This document shows, in pieces, positions 24,167 to 31,841 of a stretch of 32,000 nt of DNA. The translations under genes were made by a program, and so were the position numbers. The stretch's first letter is position 1, and every line of letters begins with the position of its first letter. The notes under the pieces were generated by a model. It had not been told where the DNA came from, did not search any database, and worked only from the letters and a program-made list of their open reading frames with translations. This DNA comes from Ruminococcus albus 7 = DSM 20455 (GTDB lineage: Bacteria > Bacillota > Clostridia > Oscillospirales > Ruminococcaceae): assembly GCF_000179635.2 (NCBI RefSeq), contig NC_014833.1:1620001-1652000 (forward strand), in the 5' to 3' direction.

Positions 24167-25189
24167 CATGGTTATCCCTTTAACACACCACAGATAATTT
24201 ACAATGCTGTCCAAATAAACAGACCTCAAAACTCAGAAAATATAGTATAATAGTGACAGAAACCGAAGGGAGCTGTCGCTATGTCAAAAAGATTTCCTAA
24301 ACCTGAGATCACACTTGATGGGATATACTCAAAGTTCGCAGATGAAAGTTTTTGTAAGGATTTTCTGCTTGATATCCGCTTTGAAAAGGGCTTTGCCTGC
24401 CCGTTTTGCGGTGGCTCTGAGTACCGCAGGATAAGGTCACGCCACCTGCTGCGCTGCAAGTTCTGTAAAGCTGATATATCCGCCACAAACGGAACTTTTA
24501 TGCACAGAACACATATTCCGCTGAGGCTGTGGATAGTCACCGCATTCCTCATTATGAGCAACAAATGCAGCGTTTCTGCTGTTACACTGATGAGGTCTTT
24601 GGGGGTGACCTACAAGACTGCATGGTACATCCTTCACCGCATCAGAAAAGCTATGAAATGCCGTGAAGAACGCTATTTGCTCGACGGGATCGTTGAACTT
24701 GATGACACGTATCTCGGTGCTCCGACTCACGGTAAAAAGCGCGGCAGAGGTACTGAAAAAGTCAAGATGATCGTAGCTTTATCGAAGAACGCAGCAGGAA
24801 ATCCCGAGTACGTTAAAATGAGCGATGTGCCGAATTTAAAGGGTATAACTGTTGGTAGATTTGCCAGGGATAATATCCGCGCAGGCTCGAAGATCGAGAG
24901 TGATAATGCTCGGAGTTACAAGAAACCGTTGGCACAGAAATACTTCCATGTTTTTGAAACATATGATCCGACAAGCGGTCAGCTGAACTGGATGCATAAA
25001 GTTATATCAAACTTCAAAGCAATGATCATGGGAACTTACCACGGAAACGAAAAGATCCACACAGCGTTATATGCTGCCGAATACTGCTACAAATTCAACC
25101 GTCGTAAGCTGGGAAACAGTGCGTATTTAAGGCTTTTGGCTGCTTTGGTGCAGTGATCTTACTTGTGGTGTGTCAGGGGGATAACCATA
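24167..25189 (+). mobile_element. IS1595-family insertion sequence, copy 2 (same orientation as copy 1, no TSD)
   Basis: It has the same termini as copy 1 (right IR TGTGGTGTGTCAGGGGGATAACCATA). The flanks TTTTCTAA and ATTCATTA are not a duplication. Confidence 0.85.
24281..25156 (+). CDS. IS1595-family transposase (copy 2)
   Basis: 291 aa with three aa differences from copy 1 (WIIT/WIVT, MRNLG/MRSLG, CREKRY/CREERY). Confidence 0.9.
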   Translation: MSKRFPKPEITLDGIYSKFADESFCKDFLLDIRFEKGFACPFCGGSEYRRIRSRHLLRCKFCKADISATNGTFMHRTHIPLRLWIVTAFLIMSNKCSVSAVTLMRSLGVTYKTAWYILHRIRKAMKCREERYLLDGIVELDDTYLGAPTHGKKRGRGTEKVKMIVALSKNAAGNPEYVKMSDVPNLKGITVGRFARDNIRAGSKIESDNARSYKKPLAQKYFHVFETYDPTSGQLNWMHKVISNFKAMIMGTYHGNEKIHTALYAAEYCYKFNRRKLGNSAYLRLLAALVQ

Positions 25190-25433
25190 ATTCATTATAG
25201 TCGAAACCAACAAACTGAAAATGTTTCTGGTCAATAAGTACTATCTTTTCATCGCTGTTCTTTTTCTGATATGTGCCCTCTTTAAATCCAAATTCGTTTT
25301 CTAATGGCGCAAAAAGATCATCATGATCAGGTTCATCGTCTGTTTCAGAACTGCCGCAACCTGTAATAAGTGCAGTGAAAATCATCAAATGGATAATTAG
25401 TTCCTTTTTATTCATTATCATAATCAAACTCAC
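25173..25433 (-). pseudogene. Small lipoprotein gene truncated at its 3' end by IS1595 copy 2
   Basis: MNKKELIIHLMIFTALITGCGSSETDDEP... has the lipobox LITGC; the likely start is ATG 25415 or 25421. The last codons (L)WLSP* and the stop (25173-25189) are encoded by the IS right end. Confidence 0.65.
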
Positions 25434-25698
25434 TTATCGCTTATTATAGTCATTTCCGATCTATTAGTTCATTTTTCGGAGATAGATTAAAATTCCACTT
25501 ATAAATCATAACAAAACCACGTATATTTGTCAATAACAAATCGGATGTTTCATTTTTGTTCATATCGTTTTCGTGATATCTGATATTAATAATAACATTT
25601 AATTGTGTAATTCAAACAACGTGCTGATAATAGAACAGTGCAAAGCATACAACACTGATCTTGTTTCTGTAATCAGTCCCAGCCACATGTCCGACAGC

Positions 25699-27423
25699 TT
25701 ATTTTTTCGTTCGGTGAAGCCGACGGTATTCCGATGGCGTTTGATGGGTGATGCGCTTGAACTGCTTCATGAAATAGCTTTCTGTAGAATATCCGCACAT
25801 AACAGTTATCTCTGAAAGCGGGTGATCCGTTTCGGAAAGAAGGCGCTTTGCCTCTTCTACGCGAAAATCTATCAGGTCTTCAAACATGCTTTTTCCGAAC
25901 AGCTGCTTATAATGTTTTTGCAAAGTGCTTTTTGACAGCCCGCTCTCTTTACAAAGTGCATCGACCGTCCATTGTTCGGCAGATGTTTCGCGCAGCTTTT
26001 TACGCAGCATGATCAGCTTTTCATTCAGCGCCGAACGCCTGTGCCCCTGTTCAGTTTCGGAAGTACTGTTCAGTTCATCAGAACATTCGGAATAAAGCCT
26101 GTCAAGTGCCTGCGTCAACACAGTAACATAGTTAAGCCAGCCTGCATCGTAAACACGGTAATTCTCACCAAATGATACAGATATGACCCCGAACTGCTTT
26201 TCATTCAGATGCAGCGGAGAAACAAACACGATTTCAGGATCGTCTTTACCTGAAAGGAATGCTGATGCGCTATCTAAAGACATATCACAGCGGTGTATCT
26301 GCGGAGTCCCGTCAGCATTGCAGGTAGCAGCAAATACATATTCTCCCGAATGTCCGCGAAGATATATCCCTACCCTTTGCATATGGTAGATTTCTTTGCT
26401 ATGATACAGCGCACACGCCAGAAAATCCGAAACATTTTTTGCCTGTTCGAGAGCAGGAGCCATATTGATGCCGAACGTGTATTCCGACCACATTCGCGGG
26501 ATCGTTACACAAGGGTCAACAGACAGCTGTTTTGTCGGAATATTGGTGCAGCCACAAGAACTTCCTATCAAAAATCCGCTTTTCTGACTTTCCACAGAAC
26601 TGCATAAAAGCCCTGTCAAATTGCGATGAAGTCGGCGTACCGCATCTGCACCCAACTGAAAATTATTTCGCACATATGTCGTCAGCGTTACATCAACATT
26701 TGCAGTAAATGGGTACCCGTCATATCCTGTCACCGCAACATCGTCAGGTACACGTACACCTCTTGAGATGAGGGTCTTGATAAGTGCAACAGCCATAACA
26801 TCATTGCCGCAGACTATAGCTTCAGGCATCTGTAATTCACCTGAAAGCAGCTTTTCGGCATAAGGCGTGACAGAATCATACCAGAATGTGCCGTATTCAA
26901 AATAGGTATCATCGAAATAAAGTCCATGCTGAGTCATGCGGTCTTTCCATGCTCGCAGTCTTGTCTGTGCCTGAAAGCTGTCCTTCCAACCTGTCAGACA
27001 ATATATTCGCCTGTATCCGTGAACCTCTATAAGATGTTCGACGACTTTGCCAAACTCATCATAATCATCATACTGCGTGCTGTCAAAAACAGTGTGTGTG
27101 CTCTCGTCAACTGTCATGACATATTTCTGCGTTTCCAGCAGCCGATGTTCTATATCTGATATAACGGCAGCACCCATAGTCGTATCATCTTTCAGATAAA
27201 GAAAGGCATCAATATCTTTTGCACCGATCATACGGAATATTTCACGTTCAGCCTTTGCATGCGCCTGAACATTATTTTCAAATTGTATCAGCGGCGCAAT
27301 AATGAGCGCATCACAGCCGCAGTGTCTTAGCTGACTGATCGCACCGCGCAAAATATCCTGAACATATACTCTTGAAAGCACAGGTGCAACTATCCCGATA
27401 ATAGTTTTTTTACTCACATGCAT
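25699..27423 (-). CDS. Hybrid transcriptional regulator: periplasmic-binding-protein-like (LacI-type sugar-binding) N-terminal domain, central domain, C-terminal AraC-family HTH
   Basis: 574 aa. The N-terminus IIGIVAPVLSRVYVQDILRGAISQL...VCGNDVMAVALIKTLISRGVRVPDDVAVTGYD is PBP type I. The C-terminus WTVDALCKESGLSKSTLQKHYKQLFGKSMFEDLIDFRVEEAKRLLSETDHPLSEITVMCGYSTESYFMKQFKRITHQTPSEYRR is AraC HTH. Confidence 0.85.
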   Translation of the reverse strand: MHVSKKTIIGIVAPVLSRVYVQDILRGAISQLRHCGCDALIIAPLIQFENNVQAHAKAEREIFRMIGAKDIDAFLYLKDDTTMGAAVISDIEHRLLETQKYVMTVDESTHTVFDSTQYDDYDEFGKVVEHLIEVHGYRRIYCLTGWKDSFQAQTRLRAWKDRMTQHGLYFDDTYFEYGTFWYDSVTPYAEKLLSGELQMPEAIVCGNDVMAVALIKTLISRGVRVPDDVAVTGYDGYPFTANVDVTLTTYVRNNFQLGADAVRRLHRNLTGLLCSSVESQKSGFLIGSSCGCTNIPTKQLSVDPCVTIPRMWSEYTFGINMAPALEQAKNVSDFLACALYHSKEIYHMQRVGIYLRGHSGEYVFAATCNADGTPQIHRCDMSLDSASAFLSGKDDPEIVFVSPLHLNEKQFGVISVSFGENYRVYDAGWLNYVTVLTQALDRLYSECSDELNSTSETEQGHRRSALNEKLIMLRKKLRETSAEQWTVDALCKESGLSKSTLQKHYKQLFGKSMFEDLIDFRVEEAKRLLSETDHPLSEITVMCGYSTESYFMKQFKRITHQTPSEYRRLHRTKK

Positions 27424-27585
27424 TTCCTCCCCTTTTATACCTGAACATTTACCGCTTATTCACCGCATATCATGCGGGACATTGTGTCCCTATCTATTGT
27501 ACTATTATATCATAATAATTTATAATAATCAAGATAATATTACAATCATTGGAAATAAAAATGCGATATTCAGGACAATATTGAA

Positions 27586-27614
27586 TTGACTTTTCGCTTC
27601 TGATGCGGTACAAT
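27586..27614 (+). promoter_or_regulatory. Putative sigma-A promoter of the metalloprotease gene
   Basis: TTGACT (27586-27591), 17 nt, TACAAT (27609-27614). A 9-bp hairpin AGTTTTGTT/AACAAAACT lies in the 5' UTR. Confidence 0.5.
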
Positions 27615-27686
27615 AATAGTACAAAAGTTTTGTTTAAAGAAATAACAAAACTAATACCACAACTGACATTTAGGAGGGAAATATCA

Positions 27687-29639
27687 ATGCAGAAAAAGAA
27701 GATCATAGCTGTGCTGGCAGCGGCAGCACTTTATCTGACGCCGTTGACTTCACATATCCGACCGCTTGCATCAGTTTCCGTATCGGCATCTGCGGAAACG
27801 ATCTCAGATATCCCGCAGGATTATCTTACTGCCTGCGACTGGGTCTGGAAGAATCGTATCGAAACGGAGCGTTCATGTGAAGCATGGTCTACCATCTACG
27901 ATCAGATCATCGCAGGCAACGGCACACTGCAATACATACTGATATGGCAGTCCTACGAACCGATCACGCTGGCACAAAGACAAAAGCTGCCGCAAATGCT
28001 TGAAGAAGCTATAAACAAGTGGAATGACTGCCTTGTGGGCTATGATGACTGGCCGATCGACCACGTTAATGTCAAGGTCGTTGGGTATGCTGTACTCGAT
28101 GAAAGCTGTATCCTTGACCGTCAGCCGGACGAAAAGGTCTACACACAGACCACGACTTCATGGCTGCATGATGACATGGTATCAAGCGGCATGGGTAATT
28201 CAAGCGTCCCGACTATCCAGCCCGCCGAACCTACCGATCTTTCGCGCTATGTACACTGGAACAATAAAAAATGGAACTACAACGGCAGCTACGATAACCG
28301 CTATGATATGTACCTTCATGGCATCAAAGGCATGATAAATATGGGCGGCTACGGTTATCACTACGGACAGATACTTTCAGATCAGTCTGTGCTGGGACTT
28401 ATTGACGGCACGACCACCCAGCATATCCTGCTGCACGAAATGGGACACGGCTTTGGTTTTCCAGATTATTACGGCGGTGAGGGCGAATCTGACGGCTTTC
28501 CTCCCGGAGGTTTTCCCGGCGGAAAAGGTTCGATAATGATGGCAGGTTCGTGCAGTTATATCAATACTTTCGACAAATACTTTGCACGCTACACATGGAG
28601 CAAGCTAAAAAATGAAGCAGGCAGATTTGACTTGAAAAATGTTCAGCCTGCCGCATCAACAGCTGAATTTACCGACAAGATAACAGCCATCAATATACAG
28701 CAGAACGGCTATTCTGCCATAACCTTTGAGAACAACGGCACATACCGTTTCCCTGTCAGCGGCTACTTTGACAGCACTGACAAAGACCTTTCGTTCTATG
28801 AGGTCGGAGATACAGTTTCTATCAGCTTCACATACGATAAGTCTGATATGCTGATAAAAAACATCGATCATATACAGCTTATCAGCTATGACCCGATAAA
28901 AGGCACTCTTATCAGCAAAGTCAGTGTCATTGATACCGACTATTATAACTCATGGGGCATCGACACATATCTGCAAAAAGGCGATGTGCTGTTCGGTGAC
29001 AGAACTGCTGACAGATGCGCTGTCACAGAACTGCCCGACTCACTAATTGGCGCGGAAGCTGTACTTACTCCCTGTGATGCAAAATCATCTTCAAAAGAGC
29101 AGGCTGCTGTTACTGCAAATAAAGATATTACCCTTTATGTGGGACTTGACAGCCGTGTGACAAATGTACCGTCATGGCTTGGCAGCTTCACAAAAACAAG
29201 CCAGACAGTAAAAACAAGCAACAATGTTACATTTCTTCTTTATTCTAAAAAAGTAAATGCAGGCGAGAGCGTTAAACTCGGCGCAAACGGGCAGTCCGCA
29301 GGCTGCATGAATTACATCGTGCTTGCATCAGCTGCCGCGAACACCTCAATTTCTGATATTTATCCCGAAATAACCGATGTTGCGTACAGCGAACAATATC
29401 ATCAGATCAGATTTACATGGAAGCCCGTTGACGGCGCTTCAAACTACGGTATTGCAGTATATCTTGCAGGCAAGTGGCGCATACAGACACAGAACATATC
29501 TGCATCGGCAACAAGCTACACCACCCCAAAAAATCTCACGGCGGGCAAGACCTACAAGGTAGCAATCGCTGCAAGAGTTAACGGCAAATGGGATACTGCT
29601 AATGCTATCAAAAATGCTGTGACTGTTACAATAAAGTGA
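27687..29639 (+). CDS. Secreted zinc metalloprotease with a snapalysin-like (M7-type) HExxHxxGxxD motif and a C-terminal Fn3-like module
   Basis: AGGAGGG RBS and signal peptide MQKKKIIAVLAAAALYLTPLTSHIRPLASVSVSASA. HEMGHGFGFPD at 28434-28466 is followed by YY and a Met-turn-like GSIMMAG about 30 aa downstream (compare snapalysin HETGHVLGLPDHY...SELMSGG). The Fn3-like module is at 29364-29636. The track start 27603 has no RBS. Confidence 0.8.
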   Translation: MQKKKIIAVLAAAALYLTPLTSHIRPLASVSVSASAETISDIPQDYLTACDWVWKNRIETERSCEAWSTIYDQIIAGNGTLQYILIWQSYEPITLAQRQKLPQMLEEAINKWNDCLVGYDDWPIDHVNVKVVGYAVLDESCILDRQPDEKVYTQTTTSWLHDDMVSSGMGNSSVPTIQPAEPTDLSRYVHWNNKKWNYNGSYDNRYDMYLHGIKGMINMGGYGYHYGQILSDQSVLGLIDGTTTQHILLHEMGHGFGFPDYYGGEGESDGFPPGGFPGGKGSIMMAGSCSYINTFDKYFARYTWSKLKNEAGRFDLKNVQPAASTAEFTDKITAINIQQNGYSAITFENNGTYRFPVSGYFDSTDKDLSFYEVGDTVSISFTYDKSDMLIKNIDHIQLISYDPIKGTLISKVSVIDTDYYNSWGIDTYLQKGDVLFGDRTADRCAVTELPDSLIGAEAVLTPCDAKSSSKEQAAVTANKDITLYVGLDSRVTNVPSWLGSFTKTSQTVKTSNNVTFLLYSKKVNAGESVKLGANGQSAGCMNYIVLASAAANTSISDIYPEITDVAYSEQYHQIRFTWKPVDGASNYGIAVYLAGKWRIQTQNISASATSYTTPKNLTAGKTYKVAIAARVNGKWDTANAIKNAVTVTIK

Positions 29640-29654
29640 TTTGAAAAATAAGAA

Positions 29655-29695
29655 GCGGATAGACCGTCATTATCTGGCGGCTATCCGTTTTTTTG
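29655..29695 (+). terminator. Rho-independent terminator
   Basis: CGGATAGACCG (29656-29666) pairs with CGGCTATCCG (29678-29687, one bulge), followed by TTTTTTTG. Confidence 0.7.
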
Positions 29696-29736
29696 TGCTA
29701 CGATTTTCATGCAATTGTAATCAATTTTTTGTTTTT

Positions 29737-29914
29737 ATCGTAAGCGTATAACCCTCCGCACCTACCCCATCGAAGTCTAATGAAGTATAATAAACTTCAA
29801 GGAACATCATGAAGTAAATTGGACAATCCAAATTGGTACATGGAGTTAATTGGAGTATATTAGACAGGAGAGGGTAAAATATATGCAGTCAAATACGACA
29901 AGCATCACAACAAT
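29737..29914 (+). repeat. Long inverted repeat, left arm (IS66 left end through codon 11 of orf1)
   Basis: The reverse complement of 30812-30993 matches it. The outer ~130 nt have about 4 mismatches. The RBS region has small indels. ATGCAGTCAAATACGACAAG(C/T)ATCACAACAAT is shared. Confidence 0.8.
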
Positions 29915-30203
29915 AAAGCAGGAAGTACGTCTGCAAGAATGGGCAGCACAGATCGAGGCGCAGCAGGCGAGCGGATTGACGGTCAGAGAATGGTGCGCAG
30001 AAAATGGGATCAAGCCTAACACGTATTACAACCGCTTAAGAAAAGTCCGTGAACAGTATATCGAGAATTCTCCGACCATCATTCCTGTATCAGTTCCTTG
30101 TTCAAACGAAAATATCCGCATCGAGAAAAACGGACTTCAAATATCTCTTCCGGCAGATAAATCTGCGGATACTCTGACCGCTTTGGTGCATGAGCTATGC
30201 TGA
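29883..30203 (+). CDS. tnpA: IS66 Orf1 accessory protein (copy B)
   Basis: MQSNTTSITTIKQEVRLQEWAAQIEAQQASGLTVREWCAENGIKPNTYYNRLRKVREQ... About 60% identical by eye to the copy A Orf1. GGAGAGGG RBS. Confidence 0.75.
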   Translation: MQSNTTSITTIKQEVRLQEWAAQIEAQQASGLTVREWCAENGIKPNTYYNRLRKVREQYIENSPTIIPVSVPCSNENIRIEKNGLQISLPADKSADTLTALVHELC

Positions 30204-30475
30204 ATGATCTGGCAGCGGACGCACAGGTCTATCTTGTTACGGGATACACCGACCTTCGGCGCGGGATAGACGGTCTTGCAGCTATCGTTCAGGCTCAGCT
30301 TCGACTTGACCCGTTCTCGAAAGCATTGTTTTTGTTCTGCGGAAGACGCTGTGACAGGATCAAAGGTCTGTTGTGGGAGGGCTTATCCGCAGGTTTTTGT
30401 TATCCGAACATTTTTGTGGAACAAGGCTTGATGCTGATGATCAAGCCTTGTTCCTTCAAAAAAATATGCGGATAA
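30197..30475 (+). pseudogene. tnpB: IS66 Orf2 (TnpB), truncated after codon 61
   Basis: MLNDLAADAQVYLVTGYTDLRRGIDGLAAIVQAQLRLDPFSKALFLFCGRRCDRIKGLLWE matches copy A up to position 30379. After that, unrelated sequence runs to a stop. Confidence 0.8.
30418..30454. other. Perfect 15-bp-stem hairpin at the rearrangement junction
   Basis: GGAACAAGGCTTGAT GCTGATG ATCAAGCCTTGTTCC. There is no T-run in either orientation, so it is not a canonical terminator. Confidence 0.6.
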
Positions 30476-30479
30476 AAAT

Positions 30480-30782
30480 TTACCTCAAGCCGCAAAGCCG
30501 TGCAAATTCATCCTCGTCATCGGGCCATTCTGGTACCTCATTGCCAGAAGATATTACAGGGTTCCCTATTTCCATGGCCTTGCGTTTTTGTTCCAAAGAT
30601 GGAAATGCGTAATGGTCCTTCGTGGTCTGGATGCTCGAATGTCCCATTGCCACAGCAATCGTCTCTATTGCCACTCCATCACGATAAAGGTATGTTCTCC
30701 GTGTTCTTCGAAGCATATGGGGATAAACTGGATTGGGCAGGTCTGGATGATCCTTTCGGACAATGTCCGCATATTTTTTCAC
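30480..30782 (-). pseudogene. Tyrosine recombinase/integrase, C-terminal ~100-aa fragment
   Basis: ...YPHMLRRTRRTYLYRDGVAIETIAVAMGHSSIQTTKDHYA... carries the box II H-x-x-R, the GH and the catalytic Y context. No N-terminal or core-binding part is present. Stops lie immediately upstream in frame. Confidence 0.7.
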
Positions 30783-30811
30783 TATGCGCTACACATTCCT
30801 TTCCGACATAG

Positions 30812-30993
30812 ATTGTTGTGATACTTGTCGTATTTGACTGCATATATTTCACCAACTCCTATCTGTCTAATATACTCCAATTAACTCCATGGACCAATTT
30901 GGATTGTCTAATTTACTTCATGGTGTTCCTTGGAGTTTATTATACTTCATTAGACTTCGATGGGGTAGGTGCGGAGGGTTATACGCTTACGAT
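30812..30993 (-). repeat. Long inverted repeat, right arm
   Basis: Partner of 29737-29914. Confidence 0.8.
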
Positions 30994-31042
30994 ATTTCAA
31001 TTCCAATGATATTATTGACAATTTTAAATGAATTCTACAATT

Positions 31043-31085
31043 TGACCCTGCCGGGATATTGTTTCGGCAGGGTCATGGTTTTGTA
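31043..31085 (+). terminator. Hairpin plus short T-run
   Basis: TGACCCTGCCG (31043-31053) pairs with CGGCAGGGTCA (31065-31075), followed by TGGTTTTGT. Confidence 0.5.
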
Positions 31086-31143
31086 TACTTGAACTGTTTA
31101 ACTGTTGAAATTATGTCGTATAATACAGCTATGAATAATGCTA

Positions 31144-31395
31144 TTAAAATTGCGAGATTATTGATGATAAATCTTTAAATATATCGGCAAATGGAATATG
31201 ACAGACAGCCATTATAATTGCAACGAAAAATAGTATAAGGCTTAATGCAACTTTGTGTTGTTCAATTTTAGGTGCCAGTGTGATGATATTGAAAATAAAA
31301 GAACTTAGCGTTAACAACAGAAGTACGAAAGTGAAATGCCAATTACTGCTAACAAATAGCATCCTGCACATATTGCACAGACTGCTTTTGGTCAC
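31144..31395 (-). CDS. Hypothetical small membrane protein
   Basis: 83-aa ORF (GTG start; an internal ATG gives MCRMLFVSS...) with two or three hydrophobic segments. No recognisable RBS or family. Confidence 0.3.
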   Translation of the reverse strand: MTKSSLCNMCRMLFVSSNWHFTFVLLLLTLSSFIFNIITLAPKIEQHKVALSLILFFVAIIMAVCHIPFADIFKDLSSIISQF

Positions 31396-31479
31396 AACAT
31401 AGAATATTTTTGTTTTTTGCGCTGTCTACTTGACAGGGGACGGTTCATCTTGGTCTGTGCCAGGCTCTTTTTCTTTGTT

Positions 31480-31506
31480 GGGGCTGCAACAGCCCCTTTG
31501 TTTGTT
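31480..31506 (+). terminator. Hairpin GGGGCTG CAA CAGCCCC plus TTTGTTTGTT
   Basis: The stem-loop sequence is the same as in the terminator at 12911-12926. No plus-strand gene ends just upstream. Confidence 0.4.
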
Positions 31507-31522
31507 ATTTTAAATCAGGTAT

Positions 31523-31558
31523 TAGGATGTCGCCAAGCGGTAAGGCAAAGGACTATGA
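31523..31558 (+). pseudogene. tRNA 5' half only (Gln/Cys-like acceptor and D-arm), no anticodon-stem closure or T-arm
   Basis: TAGGATG TC GCCA AGCGGTAA GGCA A AGGAC... mirrors the 5' half of type I tRNAs (compare the E. coli tRNA-Gln D-arm UC GCCA AGCGGUAA GGCA). The downstream sequence cannot pair and no GTTCGAATC is found before the window end. Confidence 0.4.
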
Positions 31559-31841
31559 CTTAAATAAAGACTGGTGATCAACCGTGAAAATCCCTTGCGG
31601 ATTCTCCGTCTAAAAGGTAAATTCAAGAAGCTCTGCATTGATTTTACAGGGCTTCTTTTGCATTCGAAAAAGATTTTCTTTTTATCGTACAATATTTTCT
31701 GCTATCATTTTTTTAGAGATTAATATTGATAACCTGTAGGTCAGACTTGTTGTTGATGTATTTAATCCTATTAGGAGGGGCGCTTTTGTTGTTTGTAAAA
31801 TTCAAGTATAATTCAGATACACATTGTAATGGAGGAATGAT

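Larger units (their letters stand above)
29737..30993 (+). mobile_element. Rearranged IS66-family derivative, copy B: left end, orf1, truncated orf2, foreign recombinase fragment, inverted second copy of the left end
   Basis: The terminus GTAAGCGTATAACCCTCC starts at 29740 and its reverse complement ends at 30990. No tnpC is present. See the repeat and pseudogene features below. Confidence 0.7.

Noticed and set aside
1745-25189. Calling the IS1595-bracketed 23.4-kb segment a composite transposon
   Set aside because: The outer flanks (TTGTTATA versus ATTCATTA) are not a target duplication. Copy 1 has its own private TSD and the two copies are about 3% diverged. It is kept as a finding about recombination potential only.
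25972-27159. Plus-strand ORFs 25972-26175, 26183-26389, 26293-26607, 26926-27159
   Set aside because: They are antisense to the 574-aa AraC-type regulator, which has clear domain motifs.
30373-31092. Plus-strand ORFs 30373-30612, 30500-30811, 30588-30821, 30818-31009, 30889-31092
   Set aside because: They run antisense to the recombinase fragment or through the inverted IS66 end. None has an RBS or recognisable motifs.
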